60,000 nucleotides of DNA from Mobula hypostoma (Eukaryota), in assembly GCF_963921235.1 (NCBI RefSeq), contig NC_086097.1:75890001-75950000 (forward strand). The letters are read 5' to 3'. How positions within the stretch are numbered: position 1 is the first letter of the stretch; each line of letters begins with the position of its first letter. A program made the translations under genes and the position numbers. Of the stretch, positions 1 through 13,512 are shown in pieces. The notes below the pieces were generated by a model. That model saw only the letters and a list, made by a program, of their open reading frames with translations. It was not told where the DNA came from and did no database searches.

Positions 1-314
1 AAGTTCTACACATTTCTTGCCCTGCTTGTGCTAATACGTGGAGGAAGAACTTCAAATGTTTCTGAATGTTACAAATACTTAGAAGCATTAAAAAATGGAA
101 TACAGCAGACAAAAAGGAAGGCTGAAGGCTTCACTGATTTGTCTGAAGACCTTGTTCTGGCTTAACCACTAACACACTCTCCAACACTCTGCTCATTTTG
201 GGGACTTCAGCCCAAAGGACTGGCTTTCGAGATCTGGGTTATTTTCATTTTTTTTAATATCTTTCCTAATGACGTAACTCCCTCCAGATTTCACCACTCA
301 CCCACACATCTTTG

Positions 315-465
315 GATCTGGGAGAAAACCAATCCATTAGGGGGAAAAAAATGTAGGGATGTGAGAGCAAGGCAAATTCCACTCAGACTGCCCTGTAGGT
401 CGGGACTGAGTTCCAATCACTGCAGTTGAGAGGCAGCAGCTACACTAGCCATGCTACTGTGCAGT
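315..465 (-). mobile_element. Degenerate tRNA-derived SINE (HE1/V-SINE-like) fragment
   Basis: Minus strand begins gcacagtagcatggctagtgtagctgctgcctctca..., a decayed tRNA-like head; resembles 40790-40910. Confidence 0.4.
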
Positions 466-921
466 TATTTCCCTAGTCCGATAGTCTATAACATACACTG
501 TCTAGGTTCACATATAAAGATCTGTAAATTCCTAAGTGTATATTTGCAACACGTTTAGATGAATACAGTTATTGCCCAGCATATATTGCACCTTTTACAG
601 GGAGTAGGGGATTGAAAGTTACTGCAATCAGATGCCGTTCCCCTACATCTTCACGCCTGGCCTTCAACATCCTAGTTATTCTGTGTATCAGTGTGGAATA
701 TAATTTTCTGGCAATAGTAGCCAACCATCCAAAGTCAGGCCTCTGGCAAGGTCTCGGGTAATATGAAGTTTGGGCAAGACGTGACCACAGATGGCAAGAA
801 AGGATGAAGGATCTGTGGCAGTAAAATCCAGGCCACAACTTACATCAAACTTAACAAACTTATTATCAGTCTTGTAGCATCACAATCTTTCATGTAGACT
901 TGTTCCAAGTAAAACACCAAC

Positions 922-1038
922 CTTATTCACTTCATGAGGGACACAGGCGCTTGTTTCTTTGAGTCTGGAGATTGAGCTGTGACACAAACCTCCCACCACT
1001 GCCATTAGTGTATTAAAGTTCTGCAGCTGCTGTAGTTT
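922..1038 (-). CDS. RASGRP1: RASGRP1 exon 8 equivalent (CDC25 RasGEF domain)
   Basis: 117 nt, [39 protein letters not shown] with the Ras[12 protein letters not shown] motif; ttttctcctcag acceptor, gttggt donor. Confidence 0.96.
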
Positions 1039-1939
1039 CTGAGGAGAAAACCAGATGACAATGCATTCTGAATCAGATGAGAGGAATAGCAGGGCTGTGA
1101 ATGACTGTAATGCAACCCATAATTATCACCACCTGGATTCAAAACAGCAATAGAGGGAATCTGAAATATTTAAGCACACATGTTTTCCTGTGTGTGCAAT
1201 GCTAATGAAAAATTTCCTTGCTAAGTTATAATTATGAACTGATGACAAGTTAATCATTTACCTTTGTTTGAACTTGATCCTCAATGTTGCATGAATTTCT
1301 AGATCGTTGTGATCTGCTACTTTATTAATAAAGTGTTAATACACATGACGGGTGACCCCTGCATTATGGGAGTTGCAATACTAGAAAATGGTCCGTATCA
1401 CATTTTTCTATAATGTAAAAGTGCATCAAGAAATGTATATCAAAATGTAAGTTTTGCGTTTATTTACTTTATTCACAATTTCAGAAGAGCAAACTTCTAT
1501 TCACTATCTCAGATACTTTTGGCCCTGATTTGTGAATTTCATTACCCAAACTGTTATGAAGTATAGGTAACCTGTTGTCGAAATTGTACTTTTACACTGT
1601 TACAGTGTCTCGGAAGATTTCGATCATACCACCGACACTCCAGCTTCCACAATTCAATGCAGCAGAGAATTTTGAAGATCAATGACCTTCAAACATAAAT
1701 TCCTCTTGCTACAATTTTAAGTGGTTGGCCTCCCATTCTTAAACTATACTCTACAATTCTCATCTTCTTACAAGCAGGGAAATAAAACTCCAGTATCTAA
1801 CCTTTAAAGCCCACTTGAGATTCACCTTTAATTGAGATTTGCTTCTTTACATGCACATTGAAGCATACAATGCTTCAATAATGCATCATTTGCATTAACA
1901 ACCAAAACAACCTAAGGACGTGTTGGGGCCAGCCTGCAA

Positions 1940-2800
1940 GAACGGAGAACGCTGAAGTACTCAGCAGCTTAGGCAGCATGTGTGGAGTCAGAAAGATTTA
2001 ATATTTCAGATCAATGACCTTCTGTCAGAACTGAGGAGATGCAGAGAAGGGGGAAAAATGGAGAGAATAATAGGAGCACCTGTGATAGTGAGGAGACCAA
2101 CGGACCTGACAATGGTGGCAGCTGAGAGAGGGTGGTGAAAGTTTGAGAGTTTACAAATGATTTGCCTGGAGATGGTTTAAGTAGGAGAGAAAAGCAAATA
2201 AAGAAAAAGAGGAAAAACAAAACAGGGAAAAAGACAAAGGAAGCCATGCTGGAACTGATATACAAACTAAGCAAAACTCTGCAAAATGCTTTCAGAAGAA
2301 CTTGGTGAGAGAAGGCAGAATCAAGATGACTGTGAGAATCAGTGGGCTATTAGTGGATGTTGGGCGCCAACCCTATTTCCAAAGGTGGAGAAAGGAAAGG
2401 AAGGGAAAAGTCAGAGGCAGACCACGTAAAAATGATAGTGGAGTGAAAGTTGGCAACAACAGTGATGAAGCTATTGACTTCTGAATAATTACAGGAAGCA
2501 ACTTCAATAAAGAAAGCTAGTTGGTGCACGAACTCAAGTAGGACTAAAGTAAAGACTATTTCATGTATCCCACAAAGAATCTGGCTTAATAGCAGATTCC
2601 AACAGCTATACCTTAAATCTGGAGGAACTAAGTAGAGTTAAAGCAAATGTTATTCAGTGTGAGATCTCTACAAGGAAGAGGCAAAGGTCATTTATGCCCT
2701 TCTGCAGTGGGGTATACATGCAGACAAAATGAACATGATTGCAAAAAAAAAATCCTATCTAGACAAGGAAATTGTCAAAGTAATGGAGAGTGTTGCACAC
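1940..2800 (-). mobile_element. Old degenerate Penelope-like element fragment
   Basis: gctgaagtactcagcagcttaggcagcatgtgtggag...tttcagatcaatgaccttctgtcagaact end followed by a purine-rich tract, same layout as the younger PLE copies. Confidence 0.5.
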
Positions 2801-3622
2801 AGCTCTAGATAATAAGATCCTTTCCAATAAGTTTAGCCCCAACTTGCTCAACTGTCCCACAAATCTCAACCCCTTCAATCCAAGTATCAGCCAATTGTAA
2901 CATCTGCCTCAAATGCTAATATTTCCCTTCTTAAATAACTTTACCAAAACAGCATGCAGTACTCCAGATGTGGTGTTAACAGTCCCCTGAATTGATTGTA
3001 GGGGAAAGCGGAATGCATGTAGTAAACCCATCCAACTTTTATGAATTCTGTTTGCAATAAAGCCAGCTTTCAATTTTGTTTCTTATTTCTTGTTGTATCT
3101 CCATGCTCACTCTTCATGCTTCATGTATGAAGATGCTCAGATCCCTTTGCATAGCACCATTCTAAGCAATGTTCCTTTCTAACTTTCGACCTACAAAAGA
3201 GCCTTTTTATTTTTGCTCACAGACCACCTATATCCCACTTTACAACTTACAGAAATGAGGGTAGGAGGCAATGACAATTTGGCGGATTCACTCAGCTTCT
3301 TCAATTATTAGTACTTGATCATTAAAAGTGCAAGTAATTGCAGCTACAACACATTATTACAGGAAACACACTAGTTACAGGCAAAAATTAGCCTACTCAA
3401 TCCAACTCATTGTTTTCTGTTGGCAAGCAAATCACCTATCCATTCCCTGAACCCGTGTAGCCACTATTTATGTGGCAATTCATTAAATGACTTTTAGAAA
3501 TCCAAACACGCTACTTCTACTGGTTTCACTTTATCTATCTTGATCGCTACACCCTCAAAGAATTCTATAAATTGTTAATTTCTCCTTAAAAATCAGGTTT
3601 ATGTATTATGATTTTCTTTCTA

Positions 3623-4168
3623 CACTCAGTGGCCACTTTATTGGGTACACGCGCTTGTTAATGCAAATAACTAATCAGCCAATCATGTGGCAGCAACTCA
3701 ATGCATAAGAACATGTCGACATGGTCAAGTGGTTTGGTTGTGTTCAGACCAAACATCAGAATGGAGAAGAAATATGATCTAAGTGACTTTGACTGTGGAA
3801 TGATTGTTAGTGCAAGACAGGTTGGTTTGAGTTTCTCAGAAACAGCTGATTTCCTTCGGACTTTCATACCCAATAGTCTCTAGAGTTTACAGAGAATGGT
3901 GCAAAAACAGAAAAAAAACATCCAGTGAGTGGCAGTTCTGTGGGAGAAAAGGTCAGATGAGAATGGCCAGACTGGTTGAGGGTGTCAGGAAGGCGACAGT
4001 CATGCAAATAATCATGCGTTACAACAGTGATATGCAGAAGAGCATTTCTGAATGCACAACATGTCGAACCTTGAAGTGGATGGGCTACAGCAGCAGAAGA
4101 CCATGAGCATACACACAGTGGCCACTTTATTATGTACCTCCTGTATCTAATAAAGTGGCCACTAAGTG
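3623..4168 (+). mobile_element. Non-autonomous Tc1/mariner deletion derivative (MITE-like)
   Basis: TA-flanked TIRs cactcagtggccactttatt / aataaagtggccactaagtg; internal repeat of the TIR motif near 4115-4131; residual transposase N-terminus MEKKYDLSDFDCGMIVSARQVGLSFSETADFL. Confidence 0.85.
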
Positions 4169-4214
4169 TATTTTCTTAATAATGGATGTAACAATATATC
4201 TAAGAAAGCGTGTG

Positions 4215-4715
4215 CTAACATTGAAAAGGATTCAAAGGAGGTTTACAAGAATGACATGCAAATGAAATGGTTAACATTTGGTGAGCATTTGATGGCCCTG
4301 GGACTGTACTCACTAGAATTTAGAAGAATGAGGGAGGGATCTCATTGAAACCTACCAAATATTCAAAGCTCTTGATAGAATGGACGTGGAGAGCATGTTT
4401 ATAATAGTGGAAGAGTCTAGGACCAGAGGGCGCAGACTTAGAATAGAACAATGTCCCTTTAGAACAGAAATGAAGAAAAATTTCTTTAATCAGAGGATGA
4501 TGAATCTGTGGAATTCATTACCACAGACAGCTGTTAAATGCCAAATCATTGGGTATATTTAATGCGGAGGTTGATAGGTTCTTATTTAGCAAAGGTTTCA
4601 TAGATTATGGTGAGAAGGCGATTGGGGTTGAGAGGGAAAATAAGTTAGTCATGATTGGATGGCAGACCAGACTTCGTGAGTCGAATAGCTTAATTCTGCT
4701 CCGATGTCTTACGGT
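4215..4715 (+). mobile_element. CR1 LINE 3' fragment
   Basis: LGLYSLEFRRMR and FFNQRMMNLWNSLPQ (CR1 ORF2 C-terminus), followed by CR1 3' UTR. Confidence 0.8.
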
Positions 4716-4816
4716 TTTAAGGATTTATTACAATGAATATCTATAATTTTAAAATATTCTAATAATTCATTTTGACAATAATAATGTTTTGCTAAAGCCG
4801 CAATCACCATCCATAC

Positions 4817-4990
4817 CTGAGCCACACGAATAAACTTGATGAAGACTTCAGCTCGTAGTTGTGGTGTAGGTCTACTGAGAACCATAAGCTGGACCCACTG
4901 TGAGATGCCATTGCACAAAGCGACAGAGCGTTCCATCATGGGATTATCTTTTACACAGCCAGTTAATACATAATTCTGATAATCTGAAAA
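4817..4990 (-). CDS. RASGRP1: RASGRP1 exon 7 equivalent (CDC25 RasGEF domain)
   Basis: 174 nt, [58 protein letters not shown]; gcccag acceptor, gtatgg donor. Confidence 0.97.
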
Positions 4991-5129
4991 CTGGGCAAAC
5001 CAAAAGTCAGTCATTATCTGATTATTATCCATTTTAATCAATTTTATCTCATCCTGCCTTTAAGTGGTAAACACGTTTGATAGAAGTGCAGTTGGTGAAG
5101 TGACAACTGCATTAACTGCAGCTGTGAGG

Positions 5130-5615
5130 CAAAAAAAAAGCACAACAGCGTTCCTTCCACGTCAGACGACTGAAGAAGTTCGGCATGAGCCCCCAAATCC
5201 TTGACCTTCTATAGGAGCTCCATTGAGAGCATCCTGACTGGCTGTATCACCCCCGATACAGGGACTGCACCAACCTTGATTGCTGGACACTGCAGACAGT
5301 GATCCAGACAACCCACTGCATCTGTGGAAGTGAACTTCCCTCCATCGAGGACATTTTACAGCAGCAAGTGCGTAAAGAAGGCCTGGAAGATCATCGGGAA
5401 ACCAGTCACCCCAACCATAAACTGGTTCAGCTGCTTCCATTTGGCAAATGGTACTACAGCATTTAAAGCCAGAATCAACAGGCTACAGGACAGCTTCTTG
5501 CCACAAACCATTAGACTTATAAGTTTACACGTCTGTACATTGCAAGGTGGGCATAATGCAAAGATTTTTACTCCTTCACATTGAGGGACGGAAGTAAGAT
5601 TTAAATAAATTCGAA
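5130..5615 (+). mobile_element. Rex1/Babar-type LINE 3' fragment
   Basis: Decayed RLKKFGM...IESILTGCIT...RLQDSFLPQTIRL C-terminal motifs, as in the ORF at 32211. Confidence 0.7.
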
Positions 5616-6129
5616 TAATTATTTAGACATGGACCGTCCTTTAAATGGCAGAAAGTTCTGAACAACTTAATATGAAAAAATGCACAAACTAAACTTCCTC
5701 ATTAAACATTCCACCAACCTGCAAACAGAGAAGGAAAAACCAAGTTCAGTCAAGGTGGACACATTTGGCATCAGTGGCAAAAATATCATTGGCCATTTAC
5801 CATAAGCATCTCATAGGAGAGGACTGAAGATACAAAGGGTGTCTTGTATATTTAAGCACTCCTCAGAAAAATTCTGGATGGCAATTGTGATTCAGTTTTA
5901 ACTCGTGTACTCCTAAATCAGTTTAAATTGGAGATTTTTGAGGATATGACTTGCATAAAGGAAAGCAGTGGATATTTGAAACTTAAGGCATTTGGTAAAT
6001 TGTACAATAAAAGTCATTAGACAAGACGAGGATGTGAAATTGGGACGATAATATTAGCAATTGGTTAGCGGACTAAAGCAGTGCAGTAAAAGTTTCACAT
6101 TAGTAGGTTATAAGTAGCGAGTTACTGCT

Positions 6130-6335
6130 TTTGTGATTCCACTCCGCGCCTTGCAGCGCATCGGGCAGCAGCCTTGCCGTGCATTTAGCATTTTGTCTGT
6201 TTTTTACTAAACCATGTTGCTAGCTCAACACTCACTCCATGGATGGAAAGCATGCAGGGAGCCGGCCAGATTCAAAACCGGGACCAATCATCACAAAGTC
6301 CGTTGCTGTTGCCAATAAACCACTGGTTGGCAGAT
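6130..6335 (-). mobile_element. Degenerate SINE (tRNA-like head on minus strand)
   Basis: Minus: gccaaccagtggtttattggcaacagcaacggactttg...ggtcccggttttgaatctggcc, with decayed A/B box spacing. Confidence 0.35.
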
Positions 6336-7668
6336 AAGTCGGGAATGCAGCAGAGAAAAGTGTTTGGGCCTCAGCTTTTGTAAGACCATCAGACCTAGGA
6401 GCATAGTTAGGCCGTTCGGCCTATCATGTCTGAACCACCATTCCAATATAGCTGATTTATTGTCCATCTCTCCTGTCTTCTCCCCGTAACTTTTGATGCC
6501 CTGACTAATTAAGAATCTATCAACCTCTGCCTTAAATATACCCAGTGACTTAGCCTGCACAACCGACCATGGCAATAAATTCTACAGATTCACCACACTC
6601 TGGCTAAAGAAAGTTTTCCTCATCTCTGTTTGTAAATGGATGTCTCTCAATTCTGATGCTATGCCCTCTGATCCTAGACTCCCACGCTAGAGGAAACATT
6701 GTCTCCACATCCACTCTATCCAGCCTTTCAATATACAATAGGTTTCAATGAGATCCCCACTCATTCTTCTAAAATCCAGCACGTACAGGCCCAGAGCCAT
6801 CAAATGCTACTCATATGTTAACCCTTTCATTCCCGGGTTCATTCTCATGAACCTCCTCTAGACCCTTTCCAATGCCAGCACATCCTTTCTTAGATAAGGG
6901 GCCAAAAACTGTTCCTAATACTCCAAGTGCAGTCTGACCAATACCTTATAACGCCTTAGTATTACATCCTTGCTTTTGTACTCCAGTTCTCTCAAAATGA
7001 AAGCTAACATTGCATTTGCCTTCTCTAACACCAACTCAACCTGTAAATTAACTTTTAGGGAATCTTGCATAAGGACTGTCAAGTCCCTCTGCACCTCAGA
7101 TTTTTAAAATTTTCTCCCCATTTACAAAATAACCACATCCTTATTCCTTCTGCCAAAGTGCATGACCATGCACTTTACAACATTATATTCCATCTGCCAC
7201 TCCTTTACCCAATTTCCCAATCGGTCTCAAGTCCTGACACCCTGCTTCCTCAACACTACCTGCCCTTCCACCTACCTTTGTACCATCTACAAACCTGGCC
7301 ACAAAGCCATCAATTTCCTTCATCCAGATCATTGACATACAACGTGAAAAGAAGCATTCCCAATACTGATCCCTGCAGTATACCGCTAGTAACCCGCAGC
7401 CAATCAGCAAAGGCCCACTTTATCTCCACTCTTTACCTCCTGCCAGTCATCCGATCTTCTATCCATTTTAATACCTTTCACATAATATTGTTTAGGATCT
7501 TATTTTGTTTAGCAGCCTCATGTGCAGCACCTTGTCAAAGGGCTTCTGAATACCAAGTAAACATCATCCACTGATTGTCCTTTGTCTATTCTGCTTGTTA
7601 TTTCCTCAAAGAATTCCAACAGATTTGACAGGCAAGATTTCCCCTGAAGAAAACCAAGCTCAATTCAG

Positions 7669-7876
7669 AGTTGCTGGTGAACGCAGCAGGCCAGGCAGCA
7701 TCTATAGGAAGAGGTACAGTCAACGTTTCGGGCCGAGACCCTTCGTCAGGATGAAGGGTCTCGGCCTGAAACATTGACTGTACCTCTTCCTATAGATGCT
7801 GCCTGGCCTGCTGCGTTCACCAGCAACTTTGATTGTGTGTTGCTTGAATTTCCAGCATCTGCAGAATTCCTCGTGT
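7669..7876. mobile_element. Fold-back Penelope-like element end
   Basis: Inverted arms centred near 7750; flanked by caagctcaattcag (7655-7668) and caagcttgattcag (7877-7890). Confidence 0.85.
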
Positions 7877-8387
7877 CAAGCTTGATTCAGTCTATTTTAT
7901 CATGTGCTTCCAAGTACACCAAAACCTCATCCTTAAAAATGGACTCCAACATCTTTCCAACCACTGAAGTGGGGTTATCTGGCCTATAATTTCCTCTCTT
8001 CTGCCTTCCTCCCTTTTTAAAGAGTGGAGTGACATTTGCAATTTTCCAATCCTCTGGAACCATTCCAGAATATAGTGATACTTAAAAGATCATTACTAAT
8101 GTCGCCACAATTTCTTCAACTAGCTCCTTCAGAAACTGGGGTGTAGTTCATCTGGTGACTTATTTACCTTTAGGCTTTTCAGCTCCTAAGCACCTTTCTT
8201 TAGTAATAGCAATAACACTCACTTTTCTCCTGACACTCTCCATTTCCTGCATTCTGTTGGCATTTTCCACAGTGAAGACTGACATACACTCAATTCCTCT
8301 GCCATTTCTTTGTCCCCCATTATTACCTCTCCAGTATCATTTTCCAGCTTTCTAATATACATTGCCTTCTCTCTTTTACCCCTTATA

Positions 8388-10001
8388 CAGTGCCTATAAA
8401 AAGTATTCACCCCCCCCCGGAAGTTTTGAAGTTTTATTGTTTTACAACATTGAATCACAATGGATTTAATTTAGCTTTGTTGACACTGAACAACAGAAAA
8501 AGACTCTTTCGTATCAAAGTGAAGACATATCTCTAAAAAGTGATCTAAATTAATTACAAATATAAAACACTAAATAATTGATTGCATAACTATTCACTGC
8601 CTTCAAGTCAATATTTAGTAGATACACCTTTGGCAGCATTACAGCCTTGCGTCTGTATGGATTGGTGTCTGTTAGCTTGGCACATCTGGACACTGCAATT
8701 TTTCCTCACTGTTCTTTACAAAACTGCTCAAGGTCTGTCAGATTGCATGGAGATCGTGAGTGAACAGTCCTTTTCAAGTCCAGCCATAAATCCTCAGTTG
8801 GATTGAGGTCTGGCTCTTACTTGCCCACTCCAGGACATTAACTTTGTTGTTTTTAAACCACTCCTGTGTAGCTTTGGCTTTATGCTTGGAGTCATTGTCT
8901 TGCTGGAAAAACAGATCTTCTCCCAAGTCGCGGTTCTCTTGCAGACTGCATCAGGTTTTCCTCCAGGATTTCCCTGTATTTTGCTGCATTCATTTTGCCC
9001 TCTACCTTCACAAGCTTTCCAGGGCCTGCTGCAGTGAAGCATCCCCACAGCCTTATGCAGCCACCACCGTGCTTCATAGTAGCGATGGAGTGTTTTTGAT
9101 GATGTGCACTGTTTGGTTTATACCAAAAATAGCATTTAGTCTAATGGCCAAAACGCTCAATTTTGGTTTCATTAGAGCATAGAACCTTCTTCCGGCTGAC
9201 TTCAGAGCTTCCCATGTGCCTTCAGGCAAACTCTAAGCAAGATTTCATGTGAGTTTTTTGGACAGTGACTTTCTCTTTGCCACTCTCCCATAAAACTGGG
9301 ACTGGTGAAGCACCTGGGCAACGGTTGTTGTATGTGTAATCTCTCTCATCTCAGCCACTGAAGCTTATAACTCCTCCAGCGTTGTCATAGGTCTCTTTGT
9401 GGCCTCCCTTCCTGGTCCCCTTCTTGCACGGTTACTCAGTTTTTGAGGATGGCCTGCTCTAGGCAGATTTTAGCTGATGCCATATTCTTTTCATTTCCTG
9501 ATGATTGACTTAACTGTACTCCAAGGGATATTCAGTGGTTTCAAAATTTTCTTATATCCTTGACTTGTGCTTTTCAATAACTTTTTTGTGGAGTTGCTTG
9601 GAGTGTTCTTTTGTCTTCATGGTGTAGATTTTGCCAGGACACTGACTCACCAGCAGTTGAACATCCAGATACAATCAATTGAAACACCTTGACTGCACAT
9701 GGTGATCACCATTTAACTAATTACGTGACTTCTAAAACCAACTGACTGCACCAGTGATGATTTGGTGTGTCATATTACCGGGGGGGGGGGAGGAATACTT
9801 ATGCAATCAATTATTTTGTGCTTTATGCTTGCAATTAATTTAGATTACTTTGTAGAGATTTGCTTTCACTTTAACACGAAAGCATCTTTTTCTATTGATC
9901 AGTGTCAAAAAAACCCAAATTAAATCCACTGTGATTCAATGTTGTAAAACAATAAAACATGAAAACTTCTGGGGGGGACGGGACACTTTTTATAGACACT
10001 G
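8388..10001 (-). mobile_element. Full-length Tc1-family DNA transposon (Passport-like, IR/DR type), transposase pseudogene about 9620-8608
   Basis: TA target duplications at 8386-87 and 10002-03; about 210-bp TIRs starting cagtgcctataaaaagt; minus-strand MKTKEHSKQLHKKVIEKHKS...WSNETKIE...KHGGGCIRLWGCFTAAGPGKLVKVEGKMNAAKYREILEENL...QQDND...KY* with frameshifts. Confidence 0.93.
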
Positions 10002-12049
10002 TATATCTGAAAAAAAAACTTGTATCCTCTTTTATATTATTGGCTAGCTTACCTTCATATTTAATCTTTTCTCTCCTTATGGGTTTTAGTTGCCTTCTGT
10101 TGGTTTATAAAAGCTTCTCATTCCTCCTCCTTCCCACAAGTATTTGTTCCATTATATGCCCTCTCTTTTGCTTTTATGTTGTCTTTGACTTCCCTTGTCA
10201 GTCATGGTTGTGTCATCCTCCCTTTAGAATACTACTTCATCTTTGGGACATACCTACCCTGCACCTTCCGAATTGCTCCCAGAAACTCCAGTCTATCATC
10301 CCAGCTAGTGCCTCCTTCCTGTCAGCTTTGGCCAATTCCTCTCTCATGCCTCCTTTACTCAACTGTAATACTGATACATCTGATTTTAGCTTCTCCTTCT
10401 CAGACTGCAGAGTGAATTCTATGATATTATGATCACTGCCTCCTGTGGGTTACTTTACCTTAAGCTTCCTAATCAGATCTGGGTCATTCCATAATACCCA
10501 ATCCACAATTGCCATTCCCCTAGAGGACTCAACCACAAGCTGCTCTAAAAAGCCATCTTGTAATCATTATAGAAATTCCTTCTCTTGGGATCCAGCACCA
10601 ATCAGATTTTCCCAATCTACCTGCAATATTGCCCTTTTTACATGCATTTTCTATCTCCTGTTGTAATTTGTACCCCATGTCCTGACTACTCTTTGGAGGC
10701 CTGTATATAACTTCCATCAGGGTCTTTTTACCCTTGCAGTTTCTTAACACTACCTACAAGATACATTTTCTACATCTTCTGATCTCATGTCACCTCTTTC
10801 TAAGGATTTGATTTCTTTTTTTTTTACTAACAGAGCCACTCCAGCCCCACTGCCTACCTGTCTGTCCTTTCGATACAATGTGTATCTTTGGATGTTAAGC
10901 ACCCAACTATGATCTTCTTTCAGCCACAACTCAGTGATGCCCATAACATCATACCTGCCAATCTCTAACTGCATTACCAGATTATCTACATTACCTGAAT
11001 ACTGTGTGCATTCAAATATAACACCTTTAGTCCTGTGTTCATCCACCTTTTTGATTTTGGCCCCCCGTTATACTTTACCTTATCCCACCAACAGCAATTT
11101 TGCCTATCATCTGCCAGTCCTTCCTCAGTCTCACTGTACACTGCATCTACTTCTGTACCAACTGCCCCATCCTCATCCCTATCACTTTGGTTCCCATCCC
11201 CCTGCCAAATTAGTTTAAGCACTCCCCAGCAGCTCCAGCAAACCTGCTCTCAAGGATATTGGTCTCCCTCAGGTCCTTTTTGTACAGGTCAGACCTTCCC
11301 CAGAAGAGATTCTGATGATCTAGAAACCTGCCCCTGCACCAATTCTTCAGCCACACATTTATCTGCCATTTCATCACTGGCAGGTGGCACAGGCAGCAAT
11401 CCAAAGAAGTCCTGCTTTTCAACTTTCTACCTTACTCCCTATATTCTCTCTTTAGGACCTCCTCCCTTTTCCTACCTATGCCGTTGGTATCAATATGTAC
11501 CACGACCTCTAGCTGTTCACCCTCCCACTTCAAAATGGCATGGACCCGATCCAAGACATCTCTGACCCTGGAAGGTAACATACGATCTGGGTGTCTCTTT
11601 CATGTCCACAGAATCTGCTTTCTACTCCTCTAATTATGGAATTCCCTAACACTCCTGCACTCCTCTTCTCCCACCTCTCTTCTGAGCTATCGAGCCAAAT
11701 TCAGTGCCAGAGACCTGATTGCTGCGGCTTTCCCCTGGTAGGTCACCCCCGCAACAGTATCCAAAGTGGTATACTTATTATTGAGGGTAACGGACACAGG
11801 GGTACTCTGCACAAGCTGCCTATTCCATTTCCTTCTTCGAACAGTCACCCAGGAACCTGCTCCTACAACTTAGGGGTGACTACCTCCCTGTAGCTCCTGT
11901 CTATCACCTCCTCATTCTCCTGTATGAGTCAAAGGTCATCAAGCTGCAGCTCCAGTTTCTTAACATGGTCTCGAAGGAGCTGCAGCTCGATGCACTTCAT
12001 GCAGATGTAGTTATCATAAGAAGTTAATGATTTATATGAAAGGATTGAT

Positions 12050-12720
12050 TAGAATGAATGCACATTTACTGAGTATACAAAGCTGAGTAGGAAAGTAATC
12101 CATGATTGCCTCTTTGACAATGGAAAGGAAAATGGCAGATTGAATATAATTGTGGGTAAATGTGAACTAACCAAACTCTGATGGAAAGAATGAAATGCAA
12201 GTATTCACAACCAATTAGAAAGGTAAACAGAGATTTCATCTTTACAACGAGAGGTTGGAGTACAAAAAGAAGTATGTTGCTAACAGTATACAACACTTCT
12301 AGAGTCTACAGTTGTGAACACAATGGTTTCTGATTTCCTTATCTCAAGAAGAATGAATTAGCTTTGGAGATAAGACAATAACTGTATTCTAGACAGGTTC
12401 CTGGGATAAAAACTGATGAGGAATGTTGGAGGTTTATATTTGTTAAGAGTTAAGAATGAGAGGTGAATTTATTAAAACATTCAATGTACAATGTACAAGG
12501 ACATGGCAGGGTGGATGCTGAGAAGTTGCTTTCTTTGCTTGGGAAATATAGATGTTTTCAGGATAGAGGATCAGATATTTAGAACTGAGGGTAAAAAGTA
12601 TTCCCGCACTCTGGAATCCTCCACCCAAAAGAGGGTTGTAGATGTTCATTTACTGAGCATATCCCAAATTTGAGATTAACAGACCTACGGAATCTAGGAA
12701 AGTTAAGGGAGTTGAGACAC
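12050..12720 (+). mobile_element. Highly decayed CR1 3' fragment
   Basis: aaatggcagattgaatataat and gaatgagaggtgaatttattaaaacattc...tctggaatcctccacccaaaagaggg resemble CR1 ORF2 C-terminal DNA. Confidence 0.5.
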
Positions 12721-13512
12721 TTGACCCATTCTTGCTCTTATATCTAACATAAAACATAAGGTTTTATGTTGAAGTCCCCTCTCCAGGATTCAAGATATTT
12801 AAATCTGAGAAGCTATCTTTCAAATGAAATGTTAAACCAAAGAACCAACTGCTCACTCAGGGTGGATGGAGACTATCACAAAGAGAAATGGGGAGTGTTT
12901 ATCATTCAACAAGATGAAAATAGGTAAACTGATAATCTATTTGTTTATGAGACATTGCTAACTGGTTGTTGCATTCTCTCATTCTACAATGGAGAGCAGA
13001 CAACAACTTTTATGTTTTCAGTTGACTTTACATTGTACGTCACGCTGAAGAGGAACATTAAAGGTAGTGCACATTTATTGGAAAAACTATGAAATGTATT
13101 TTTCAATGCAACAAAATTCCATAAATGGTATCACGAAGGAAACATGAAGGTGGCACCTTAATAAGAAATTGTTAACTATTCAGATGGGATTTTAGAGGTG
13201 GCAATAAAAAGCAACCCTTGAAATCCTGTTAGGTTGGGGATAAATTTATTCTCAATTATTTGTTGGAGTATGAATGTGCTGTAAATGGAGCACAAGGATC
13301 TTCTGCTTCATCAGTATTTAACAATTTACCATGCACCAACCATTTTGAGGACAATCACAACTGCTTATTATGTAGTTTATGTAGGTGCGTGAAGTTCATA
13401 GGAGTAACCTGATAATAGTTAACTTCCCCTGCATGTTTAAATGGATGTAATTTTAAGACAAAGATCAGATCTTTTCCTCCATTTCTTTAACACAGTTGAT
13501 ACCCGGACTTAC

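Larger units (their letters stand above)
6381..12015 (-). mobile_element. Long decayed CR1 LINE (ORF1 zinc finger/leucine zipper and SGNH-esterase remnants, APE, RT, 3' UTR), interrupted by PLE and Tc1 insertions
   Basis: Minus-strand fragments CIELQLLRDHVKKLELQLDDL, WLKNWCRGRFLDHQNLFWGRSDLY, LKVLYLNAHSI, YDVMGITELWL, VIYRPP, RFVDGTKVGG; many stops and frameshifts; boundaries approximate. Confidence 0.88.
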
